Below are positions 11,404 to 22,150 of a stretch of 64,000 nt of DNA, piece by piece. A model generated the notes under the pieces. That model ran no database searches. It worked only from the letters and a program-made list of their open reading frames with translations, and was not told the origin of the DNA. The DNA is from Raillietiella orientalis (taxonomy: Eukaryota), in assembly GCA_036172245.1 (NCBI GenBank), contig JAYWIR010000016.1:1984001-2048000 (forward strand), read 5' to 3'. Position 1 is the stretch's first letter. Each line of letters opens with the position of its first letter. The position numbers were made by a program, and so were the translations under genes.

Positions 11404-11600
11404 CGTGAGCCGCGCGAGGTGGGAAGGGGGGAGAGGGCGCAACCGCCCGTTGCCTCGGACAACGAGCGCGGCCTCCCCTTTTGTGACTGTAGGAGGGCTC
11501 CCGGAGCCATTTGCACCCCGTGGCGCCCTGCCACCGAATCCATTCCGCCGCCGCTCCCAGGAAAGGTCGCTGCCGCCGCTGGGTTCTCCTGAGGGCGGGA
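11404..11600. repeat. Dispersed repeat, diverged copy A (copy B at 28899-29097)
   Basis: Shared words cgtga.ccgcgc, cgcccgttgcctcgg, ggagccatttg, cgtggcgccct.ccacc, ggaaaggtc and ttctcctgagggcggga occur in the same order in both copies. Confidence 0.85.
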
Positions 11601-13859
11601 GGGTTCCTTCGGGGCAGAGGCGCGCTGCCCGGGGAGGTCTACCCCCTCTCCAGCAGCCGCGCCAGATCCCGTCGCGGTACGATTTCCATCTCTGATCACA
11701 AGTGACAGATGCTGCAGAACTTCCCATCCGTGGTCGGATACTGGGATGAGGGAGCGCTTGGGAAAACGCCCTGGTCCCGTGAGAACCCCATCCACGAAGC
11801 AGCGTTTCTCCCTCCCGGACCGGGAAGGGCAGGCAGGCTGCTGAGCTGGGAGCAAGTCTGTTCCGCGAGACCGGGACGTGGAGGTATGCGAACCTTCGGC
11901 AAGGAACTGACGATTTGGGTGGCCATTCGATTGCCGGGGGGAAAGCAGGAGAGCCACGGCAGCAGGAAGACTTCGGGAGCGGCGAGGACCACGGACGCCG
12001 CACCGTTCCTAAGCGACAGCGTCGGGGAAACACCGCGCTTCTCTGTGCGGAGTGCTTCTCGATTCTCGGGGCCAAGCTAGCGACGCCACCGGAAGATGCC
12101 CAAACTACAAAACAGCGCACCAAGTGGGAGGAACGCCCCTGAGGACACCGCTGGCGTCACCCGCCGAGGCCGCGCGAAGGAGCGTGTCTTCTGGTAGTTT
12201 TCAAGAGTTTTCGCCTCGAAGGAATTTATTGATTTTTTTTCCTTTCTTCCTGTGCCTTGAAATGCAATTCGCAGTAGCAGGTGACGTTTGACAGTTGCAC
12301 CCAGTGAGGGAGTAGGGTGGGAGCGGGAGAAAGGAAAAACAAAAAAGAACGTGACGTTTTCAAGTTCGGGGGCATGTTGATGCTCTGCTCGGAGTTTTTG
12401 ACTTTGTCTGCTAACAGATGAAGCGACGGCAGGTAGTCATCGATTTAGGCACCGAGGCAACGACGACGTGTGCACGACCCAACGGAGAGATGGGGTGTTG
12501 CGAAGGGGAAGGGAAGGGGAGGGGGACCGCGGCGGCGTAACCAGTGACCAGGGAAAACCTTCAAGGGAAACAAACCGGTTCTGAAAGGCGGAGGGGGTCA
12601 TTTTGCAGTCGGAGGGCACACGTCCAATCGAGCAGGAGTGAAGCACGCTTAGACCACGAGATGGGTCGGAAGGGAAAGTTCCGTCCATCACTCCGATATC
12701 CGCGCTTACCTGCGAGATTTCATCAGAAATCGATTTTTGCTCTCCAGTCAGGCGATCGGAAGCTCTGTTCTTTTACTCGCAAGAATTTTGCGTCCTACTT
12801 GAAGGGCGCATTTAGCATCGTCATGCTTGTTCCCCGGCGAGCGCTGCGATTTCGCACTTGAAGGTCATGCATGCTACAAGGCGTGTGCCTTGCTATGGTT
12901 ACGCGCACATAATTGGTTCCTCTGCTGGGTAAGGAAATCCGCTGCTAAGCGCCCTGCTTGCGATCGAGAACGACGAGTCCCCATGGGGGTGAACGCTACT
13001 CTGTAGTCTTAGCAGCTGCTCCGTGTCCATCGGGGAAGCCCACTACGGAACTTTCCCAGGCGCCCGAATGAATTCCGGGAGGCCTTCCGCGACCGAGCGC
13101 GTACAACCCCCGGCGTGACCCCGCGGGCTGCTTCACATCCCGGGGCGCCTTCCTCGTTCGAACGAAGGTGCTATGGAGCATGTGATGCGACAAACAGGGA
13201 GGCCCGCGGCTCGTAGAAGGCGCGCTCGCCTCTGAGCGTGCTGTCACTTGTTCCGCTGGCTGCGTGGTGTGTGCCCGCCATCCTTCATCCGGAGGGTTCG
13301 CACGTTCGCGTGCTTCCTGAGCTCGAGTTCTCGGGAAGCGGTCGTATCTCCGCTACTCAGGGATCGCCCCCAGCACGCTCGGACGAATTGGAGCGAGCGA
13401 CATCCCCTCGCGGACACGCATGCGCCACGGAGACGCCTCTTCTGCTGACGTCGGTCGTCTTCCAATAGTTCCCCCTACTGCCGCTGCTTCCAGAACTGCA
13501 GGATCTGAAGGTTTCATCTCTTTCGGTGCGGGCCTTCTCGGCAGCAGAGTCTTCTACGCCGCCCTTCATCCCTGGCTCCCGCCGTCCCTCCCTTTCGCCC
13601 CATGCCTGACATCTTGAGGCCTGCCAGTTGATGGGGAGGCGCACGCCAGGACGTCCGACCCAGTGAGGACGCAGCAGTTGCCCTCCTCCCGTCGGGAGAG
13701 CGAGGATCCTGGAGCGTACGCGGCGCGAGCCAGTTTCCTGTTCCCGGAAAACGGGAGCTTTCCCCGGAGCAACCGCTTTCCACCCCTCAGATGACTGGCG
13801 CTCGCCAGTCATCCATTTTGTTCCTCCTCCTCTTCATCTTCTCTGCGCTTTCACGGGTC

Positions 13860-15700
13860 TTTGATCCTCTCCCTCGTAATGCGCCCGGCCCGGACATCCA
13901 CCACCTCGAAATTTCCTCTCGACATCCCGAAGATGCCCCACGACTTTCGCTGCCTGCGAAATCGCGACGCGAATCTCCTCCCCTCATCGCCCACTTCCCC
14001 AGTGCCCGGTGGTTGTCGTGCCACAGCTGCAGGTCCACATCCCGGATCCCGAAACGACTGGAAGCCATGGCGTAGACGTGATTACTCCCGTTTTTCTTTT
14101 TCTTTTTTTTTGGGGGGGGGGGGAAGGGGGGGGGATAGGTTCCCAAAGGTTCTCCTTGTTATTTTGGACCACACGCAGTTCTGATTCATCCCGATTTCTT
14201 ACTCTGTGGGTGAATATTCCTTTGACCTTCTCGCTGTAGCGGAACAGTAGCATCTGATGGAGGTTGTCATTGGCAGCGAACTGTTCTCCGTCCCCGATGA
14301 TCTGCGTGGGACTTTGGTATGCCCACTGCGCCGTGGAACAGGAAGGGAGCAAGGAATCGCCAATGCTAGTCCTTCCACCCGGATGTCCTTGCCACGGGAC
14401 ACGGCTTTTAGTCGGTGAGTCTTTCCTCACCGGTACCCGCTCCCCCTTCTTCCAAGGAGACGTTCCCTCACACTCCTGGTTCGCCTATCAGGGTTGGTAT
14501 GAGGCCCATCCGCTCGTTGCCAATTTAATAAACGTCCGGGCATGTCCAGATGGAAATCAGTAACAACCAGGGTGGAGGGCTCCCTTCGAGTTTCCCCCCA
14601 TCAAGAGTCAGAGAGGAACAGACTCCTTCCTTCGGAGCCCTTTCTAGATTCACAGAGTGGTTCCCTTCCGGGGTGCCCCCTAACTCTTAAAGTACCTTGG
14701 TGTACAGTTGGGGGACTATTTTCCGGCGGAGATGTGGTCCAGCTGCCTTCAGAAGGCAGAGTCGGCGATCGATCCGTTCCAGGATGGCGAGTTTCTCTTG
14801 TTGGAACGGGCCGCGGTGTGGAACGCGTTCTTCACCACATTCTTTTTGTTTATCCCCCCCGAGAAGTATAAATAGGCAGACGAAGGACCTCCTGAGAATC
14901 GCCCTGTGCGGCAAAGGGAGGTCCCGAGTCCTCCTGAAGGGCTTGTGCGCTCCACATCGCGACAGAGGCCGAGGCCTCCTGACGCTGGAGCTCCTGGAGC
15001 GGCAGCTCCGGTGGAGGACACGTCCTAGTGGCGAAGTTTTGAAGCACGAACTGGTACGATGCCTGGTCAAGCGGGCCACCGGCTACGCGGGACTGTCTTC
15101 GCTCCTGGCGCGGCGGCGCAGACGCAACGTGTCCAGCTGCGGACTGGAGCTCCGGCGGGCTGCCAAGCTGACCAGGACGAACACCAGGACCTCCTGCCGG
15201 CCCACAAACGGTAGTGTCTGGTTGCAGAAAACGTTCTCACGTGGACCAAGAACAACGAAACGAGCCCGGAGATGCGGCAGGACTGCTGCACTCCTTCTAG
15301 AACAACCGCTCTCTGCAGGACGTCATCATGCAGCCCATCACGTGTGCGTGGGCGCAAAGAACCTCCCTAGCCGTGGCACTGCCTCCCTCAGAGGGCATCC
15401 GGACGTAACCAGCCGGCCAAATGGGAGATAGGTTGGGTTGCGAGATAGGTCTTCGGACGAAGGAATTAGGTGGTTGAACCACGAGTCAGCTCGCGGACGC
15501 TGCGACCGAACCAAATGCCCAACCGAAGGGACTGCTGAGCTGGGGTGAGTTGCTGGGAATCCTACAGGAAGACCTTGAGTGGCCTCCAGCTCTGAAGAAC
15601 CGGGCCCTCCCCCTGAAGTGGCAGGAGTCGGCACTGAATGGCACGAGCCGTGACAAAGGTCGACTGCCTAGGTTTGCTCCCCGGGAAGAAGATAGCGGCG
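13860..15700 (+). mobile_element. Degenerate Tx1/L1-like LINE ORF2 (RT to C-terminal region), same family as 8334-9318
   Basis: LPRNAPGPD (~KAPGPDG), NDWKPW..DY (~NWRPI..DYK), KYLGV, LCGKGRSRV..LCAPHRDRGRGL (~FLW..LC.P...GGLGL), then LGG*TTSQLADAATEPNAQPKGLLSWGELLGILQEDL..LPLKWQ, which aligns with the 8.3-9.3 kb element. Confidence 0.75.
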
Positions 15701-16264
15701 GGAAGGACGGGGGAGTATTGGGGATTACGGTTTCCATAGACTTAGAGCAGCGAGGGTGCGCTCCAGGAAGACCAGTGTCAGGGTCACCTAGGTGAGCCAG
15801 GCGGTTTTCGCCTCCAGTCTTCCGGAGTGCGCAGAGAGGAGGAGCGGTGCGGAGTCGAAGGGGGAGCCAGGGGATCCGTCGGCACTTCCGGTTGCAGACG
15901 CGGGACTAGTACTCAGGAGGGGTGTGGATCGGAGAGGAGAAAACAGGAAGAGGGATGTCGAGGAGGAGCAGTTCGTGTTTCCCGAGCTGCTTCCAACGAT
16001 CTCCAGGGAGCCGTTCCCTTCCCTACGCCTGTTCCTGAGAGGACGAAGGACAGCGGAGCAGTGAAGGCGAGTTCCCAGAAATCCGCATCAAGCTAACTCG
16101 GATCGAGAAAAACTATGGAGACGTGTTTTTTTCTGGACAACTCGCACCACCGCGGTGGTGGAAGAGGCGGGGGATGGGCACCGGACTCTGAACACCGCGA
16201 GTGTCCGAAGATCCAGAAGGTGGCGCACCTTGCAGACCTGCCCGTGGCTCGTCACGCCTCCTGC

Positions 16265-16465
16265 TCATCTGTCGGTGACCTCAGAAACGAGTTCTTCCAG
16301 CTCCAGGAGGACCTCGGTCATCAGGGGCCTCTCCCTCTTCGTCAGACTGCACCGGTAGGCCACGTCCGCGACCTGCTGCGCCGCGAGGAGGTTCCAAGCT
16401 CCCGCCTTCCTGTCGAGATGAGGCTCGACGTTCTGGTATCCAGAAACGTTCTCCATGTAGGAGAT
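16265..16465 (-). CDS. IRAK4: IRAK4/Tube-like kinase, coding exon 9 (terminal)
   Basis: Acceptor cccgcag; ISYMENV...HLDRKAGAW...AYRC...RERPLMTEVLLELEEL...TDR* (kinase subdomains X-XI). Confidence 0.85.
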   Translation of the reverse strand: MSYMENVSGYQNVEPHLDRKAGAWNLLAAQQVADVAYRCSLTKRERPLMTEVLLELEELVSEVTDR

Positions 16466-16524
16466 CTGCGGGCAGCGGGACTTCCGCGACCTGCGGCTAC
16501 CAACGGCTCTTCCAGCTTCCTTAC

Positions 16525-16590
16525 CAAATCGAATCCCATCTCGCGTTTCTCATCCATGGAGGGGAGGGCTGTCAGGAGCTCCAGCAGTAC
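16525..16590 (-). CDS. IRAK4: IRAK4/Tube-like kinase, coding exon 8
   Basis: ttccag|VLLELLTALPSMDEKREMGFDL|gtaagg, followed by a 59-nt intron. Confidence 0.9.
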
Positions 16591-18079
16591 CTGGAAGGGG
16601 GGATGATGAGAACACCACGGAAGCACCCCGCTTTCGTGTCCGCTTTCCCCTCACCGCCTCGAGTCCCTTGCACCTCGCACGCGAAAGTCCCACCTCGCCG
16701 CGGACCCGTTAGATCCCGGCCATTCCTTCGACGCTGGACCTCTCGCGATCTCGCTGCGACGGGGACTACGGCACCCTCTGAAGGAGCGAGTTCGCTTCAG
16801 GGCAGCTTCCAGCAACATCTACCTGAGTCCCGAGGATGCAAGGGGTGGGGGTGGGGAAGGTGGAAAAGCACCCCAGAGCCGTAGTAACAACGCGTCACGA
16901 GCACGGACGCTGTTCTCCGACCAAGAGAGCTGCGGCGGAGGGACTCGCGACTTGGAGACCTGGGGTCTCTGCAAGCACCATGAAGAAACCATGGAACCGG
17001 ACAGATCGGCTAGGGATGGGGAAGGGAGAGAACCAACGGAAAAGGCAAACCGGAAAAGCTGGGATGCGCGCAGCACCCCTACCGATTTTTCCAGCTGCTT
17101 CCGAGGGGACGTTTGGTGAACGTGCGCATCTCCTTTCCGGTCATTCGCAAGACTGAGGGAGGGAAGAATTTTCTGGGTTTCAAGGATGAGGCCTTTTCTT
17201 CTCGCGGATCTGCAGATGGCGATTGAGGGCAAAGGTGGAAAGAGCGAGTGGGTGTGGCAGAGGAGGCTGCTCGCCCTTTCCGAGATCAAGGAAAAGGAGG
17301 AAGGGAATTTCCAAAAATAACTACTAAGAGGAGGAGAAAGAAGGGAAGGGGGTGGGAAGAGAAGGTGGAGGTAGGCAGAAGATGATGTTCCTGGTTTTCC
17401 CCTCGTCTGACGTCTTCCAAAAAGCAAAGAGCGGGTACGATGTGTGAGTTCTGGAAGGAGGAAGGAGGGAGAACAAACAGCACCGTGATGGCATGAAAGG
17501 CTGCGATCAGAGGGAAGGCGGAGGAAGTGGGGGAGTAGAGGCGACATTGCTAGAGGCGAGAGCACGTGTTTCGCGCGCGGGTTGGCTCTTCGAGATGGCT
17601 GCTTGGCATCCCAGAGAACCGGGGAAGGAGAGGAAGGCAAAGTGGGGTTTCCCGAAAAACCGCTCGGAGGGAGGGGCAGGAAAGACCGAGGGTCGCTAAC
17701 GGAAACGGACTGGCCGCAACGAAAACGTTCTCAGGAAAGCGAAAGTCCTCCCTTCGCTTCCCATCTACGCCAAAGAACAAAGAAAGGAGAAAAGGCACCG
17801 CGTCCTCGCGTGCTTCTTGCCTTCATGACCAGAGGTCATGAAGGGTCACAATTCGGCTATCGCTGAGAGTCCCATTGGAGATCGGAGAACTCCCTGGGTG
17901 AATGCCGCGTGGGAGGCGGTAGAGGACTTTTTCTTTCTCAGAGGGGATGGGAAGGAATGTGGGAAGGAAGAGGAGGAAAGGGAAAGAAGGGGAGGAAGGG
18001 CAGCGGGAATAGGGTCGCGAGAAGGCAGAAGGTCCGAAGAGAGCACGTCCTGGGGGACGAACCCTCTTCGCTTTCTGTT

Positions 18080-18760
18080 TTGTTCCGAGTTGCCGGGGGT
18101 CCTCTCCACCTCTTCCCAGGAGACGACCCTCGTGGGGGATGCATGAGGAGCCGATGCCGGGTTCCGGTTAACGGACGGAAGGGTAAGTGGAAGAGGGAGG
18201 GGGAGACGGGAGGGGGAGTGCATCCCATCAGCGGGTTCAGCAAAGGCTCGTTGCCCACTCCAGTCGTCTGGGACCCTGAAGGACTCTGTATCCAACCGGA
18301 GGACCTTCTTGCTTGCCCCTCCTCTCCCTCGATGTCAGAAGGTGCTCAGAGATGCAGGGAGAGGTAACAGCGACCGATCACTGTTCCCCCTTTTCTTTAA
18401 AGAAAGGAGGGAAAGAGGAAGGAGTCTCTCCGTATTCGCTGCATCTTCTCTTCCTCCTTTTCCAATCACAACAGTCAGCTCCCTCCGGGAAGACACCGAG
18501 GCGCTTTTGCGGCTGCTGCTCCCTTGTTCCCACAGAGGGGAAATGGGAATCCTGCGCTTCCGCTTTTCCACTGGAGGGGTCACGGTCTGGTATGGAGCTG
18601 TTTCTAGGGACCGGATCTTTCCCCCGGGTCCGACTATCCCTAGGAGACTGCGTTGTATCCCAATCCTGATCCGAGGAGTCTCAGGAATGGAGCCCCTCCG
18701 TCTCTGCCTCTTCTTACGCAGATCGACGGTCATCTGGAAGAGGAGGGGGTGGGGGAAACG
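18080..18760 (+). mobile_element. Possible degenerate LINE AP-endonuclease remnant (intronic)
   Basis: Ordered look-alikes across frames: SQETTL (LQETH), WDPEGLCI (D..GR.I), SRDRIF (SRIDRIF), IWK (WKLN). Confidence 0.35.
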
Positions 18761-19216
18761 CGAGTCTTCCTGCAGAGCGGAGGAGGTGCTGTTTCAGGAG
18801 AAGCGCCGCGAAACATGACCCTGGATACCGAAAGGGGGTCGGCGCCTCGGCCGTTCCTTTGAGCAGCCCCGGCGGCCATGCTTTCGAAGGTCATGGGCTA
18901 GGAAGAACAAGAGCGCCCTGTAACGACTGCCAGTCTGACGGAAGGAACGAGGGAGAAGTTGAACAGGATGCTGCTCTGGGCACCGCGGGGGCGTCGCCGC
19001 GCTGCGCCGGCCCACCGCCGCGGGAACCTTCCGGGAAAAGCGCGGTCGTTGACTTCCCCTGCACCACGGTCTCTCTCGGTGAAGGCGCAGCTCCTTCTCT
19101 CCTGCGAGAAGAGCTGGAAAGAGGGAGAGCAAGGGGAAAGTGGAGGCAGACTCGCGGGAGAAAGCGATCTCCGCGGAGGAGGGACCTCTCTCGGGGAAGC
19201 GAAGTTTCTTCCTTAC

Positions 19217-19369
19217 CACCCCGTAGCTGTAGGTGTCCAGCTTGGTGGAGACGTCTCCCTTGAAGGCCTCGGGCGCCATATAGGCGGAGGTGCCCAGGAT
19301 GGTTGTGGTCATCGCCACGCTGGTTCCAGATCCCCTGCAGCCCTGCCGGGCCAGCCCGCAGTCTCCGAC
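19217..19369 (-). CDS. IRAK4: IRAK4/Tube-like kinase, coding exon 7 (activation segment)
   Basis: ttttaag|VGDCGLAR...TTTILGTSAYMAPEAFKGDVSTKLDTYSYGV|gtaagg; 153 nt, phase 0/0. Confidence 0.92.
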
Positions 19370-20005
19370 CTTAAAAGAAAGAGCGTCGTCGCCGTCCGAG
19401 CGTTTCCATAGCAAAGGCCGGGACAATGGAGAGGGAGGAGGAGGAGAGAAAGATGCACGAGAGAAGACCGGATCCCTCCTACCCCCCTTCCTGCCTTCAA
19501 ATCCTCCCATGCCTGCCTCTGTCGCGCGACGTCCGGTTCCAGAGCACTTTCCTGAGGGGGTCTCGTCTCCGAACCGCCATCCCCCACCGGAAGACGGACC
19601 ACAGGGAAGGGGGGCGGCAGACACGTGGATCCCGGCGTTTCCCTCGCTGGTCCGGTTGTCGATCTCGGAAGTTCTTTCGGAGATCGCAAGGTCGGGCGCG
19701 CGGTCTCCGGAGTTTCGGAAAAGTCCCGCCCGAGAGGACAAGCGTTGCCGCAGGCGTTTCCTCCCCCGCAGGCGGCCCGCCACGGGGAACACGTACAGGA
19801 GCCTCCCGACCCCTTTTCCCTAGCGAGGATGACTGACCGTGGAACGCCTCTGCAGCCCGTTCGGGGAACTCCCCGGAAGCGTTCGACGAGGTGTGCGGGA
19901 AGGGAGGCAGGCGATGCGTCCGCCGCCGCCCTCTACCTCGCCCGGTGCTCGCGGGTGATCAGGAGGCGCGTACGGGGAGAGGAATTTACGGGAGAGGAAG
20001 GGGGC
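19365..20005. repeat. ~640-bp near-identical intragenic duplication, copy 1
   Basis: Matches 27062-27702 at a constant offset of 7697, with identical translations in several frames. Mismatches noticed only at 19369, 19373 and 19985. Confidence 0.95.
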
Positions 20006-20550
20006 GATCAGTACCCCCTATCGGAATCGGAAGTGACCGGCATCGACCGCTCTCTCCTCGCCCGCTTCATGTCCCCCGCACCGCTCCCTTGGAGGAAGCG
20101 GATGCCGCGACATCGCGCCGGAGAGCATGTCTTTCAAGGGTCCTTTCCTTCCCCTTATTCCCCTCCTCCACCCGCCGCTTCTCTTCCTTCCCTTTCTTCC
20201 TGGAGCTTCCCAGGAAGGCATCCTACCTCCCTTCCTCTAGAGGAATTGCCTAGCGACTTCTGGCATCACCCCACCCCCCTCATCCACCATCCCTTCGTTT
20301 TTCCGCTGGCTGCGCAGGATTCCCTGCGGAGCGCCAAATCCCTGGCCCCGAGTCCCTCTGGCTCCTATGCGGACTGAGCTATGCGACAATCGAAAGGAAG
20401 GAGAGGGTGTGGAAGAGGAAATGAAGGAAGGCAAGGCAAGGCAATGGAGGGAAGAGAAAGAGAACTTCTGGGATAGAACCTTCCCCACCATCCTCTCGCA
20501 TTCTCTCCTTCCCACCCTCGACTCCCCCCTTTCACGGAGGCGCGACTCAC

Positions 20551-20706
20551 CTTGGGAACGAAGGATTCATCCAGGAGGATGTTGGCGCTCTTGAGGTCAC
20601 GGTGGATGAATGGCTTCGCCTTGTGCGTGTGCAGGTACGCCACAGCCCTCGCGGCGCCCACGGCGATCTGTAGGCGGAGCTGCCATGGCAACGGAAGCGT
20701 GCCTTG
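20551..20706 (-). CDS. IRAK4: IRAK4/Tube-like kinase, coding exon 6 (catalytic loop)
   Basis: accag|[26 protein letters not shown]...[19 protein letters not shown]|gtgagt. RD-type catalytic loop as in IRAK4, unlike the HGD of Pelle/IRAK1. Confidence 0.95.
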
Positions 20707-21170
20707 CTGGTGTGCCGCGGATAGGCGCATGGAATGAAAGGAAGAGAAAAGGCGCTCGTTAATCCGACCGGATAGCTGGAGGGTGGGAGAAGGAGTGGCG
20801 AAGCGGACGGGCCAGCCGCCTTCCCCCGTCGTGCGATCCCGACAGCTCCTGGGAAAGGGGAAAGGGGAGACAGGCCTGCGGTAGAAATCCTGCCTCTCCC
20901 GCCCTGCGTCCGAGAGCGACAGCAAAAGACGAGGAGAGAAGAGAGGAAGGAGGAGTCCCTGGGGGAAAAGGGTCTCTCCACTTCCTCAAGAGCCTCCTGG
21001 AGAGCATCCGGAAGCGGAAATTGTGGAGCCCTCTTTCCCCCTCCCTTTCCTTCATCTTCTCCTCTCAGTCCCCTAAAGGAGCGACGAGGGTCGGCCAGTC
21101 CGCCGAGAGTCCCGGGAGAGCTCCTCCTCCTCCTCCCGCCCACGCGCGGTGACCAGCAGGTGGTATTCAC

Positions 21171-21285
21171 CTTGCAGGAGAGTCGGTCCTCCAAGGAGCT
21201 GCCGCTCATGAAGCTGTAAACCAGGAAGAGCGCGTCACGGGCATCGAGGTAGCCTAGCACCGGGAGCAGGTTCTCGTGGCGGTAC
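21171..21285 (-). CDS. IRAK4: IRAK4/Tube-like kinase, coding exon 5
   Basis: gccag|(Q)YRHENLLPVLGY...LVYSFMSGSSLEDRLSCK|gtgaat; IRAK-type Tyr gatekeeper (LVY). Confidence 0.93.
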
Positions 21286-21699
21286 CTGGCAAGACAGAAA
21301 CGCCGGGAACGCCACTGCAGACGCACCGAGAAGCGGCGGGAAAAAGGTCCATCCAGGAAGGAGGGGGATTCCCACGCATCCAAGGGAAGGCGAGAGAAAG
21401 AACCAAAGAAAATTTCCCCACTCCTTCACCCTAGGAGAATGGAAGAAGAAATGGAGAGAAAGGGACCTCGGGAAGGAAGGGGAGGGTGGACTCTCGGGAA
21501 AGGACAAGAGCAAAGGGATCCGCAACACTACGTCCTGGTCTTCCACGCTACTGGAAGAGGGCGGAACCGGAACTGAGGAAGCCTCAGCTGAGAGCTGGCC
21601 ATGGCTCAGCGAGCACCCCTCCCGGAGGACTCCGGACGGGGAGATTTCCAGTCGAAGCGCAGCTGGAAATTGCTGCGAGAGCGGGAGCACACCCTCGGG

Positions 21700-22150
21700 A
21701 GCTGCGGCCTTTTCGGGGAACCTCCGGTCAGCCTTGAGCAGCGACACGCACGCGGAAGGTGGTGCAGCGCCTGCTTCTGTAGCGCACGAGGGGACCCGGC
21801 GCCTTGCATCCCAGACTGCTGAGGTGCAGCGCGTGGGGCGCCAACGTTTCAGGCAGTGGTGGCCCGGCCCTCGACTCAGGGTTGCACCTGCTGTCGCATC
21901 GCGACCTCGGCATCGTAGCGCCCGGGCGGCGAGACGGGGTCAAGGAGGACAGTGGATCGCTTTACCCCGTCCAGAGAGCCCTGGGAGCTGGAGTCCTTCA
22001 TCAACAGCGCCTTGGGGAAGCGCCAGTCGGTCACACGAGCTGGTATGCTCCACCAGGTAGTCCACCGCTTCGGGCGAAGTGAGCTTTTCCTGCCCCTGCG
22101 TGCACGCGGAACGCAAGATCGTCCGGGGCAAACGGGGTGCTCTGAGCGTC
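21700..22150 (-). mobile_element. Possible degenerate Gypsy RT C-terminal remnant (intronic)
   Basis: LRSACTQGQEKLTSPEAVDYLVEHTSSCDRLALPQGAV resembles LR.AGL...EKC.F...V.YLGH.IS..G..P...V. Confidence 0.3.
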
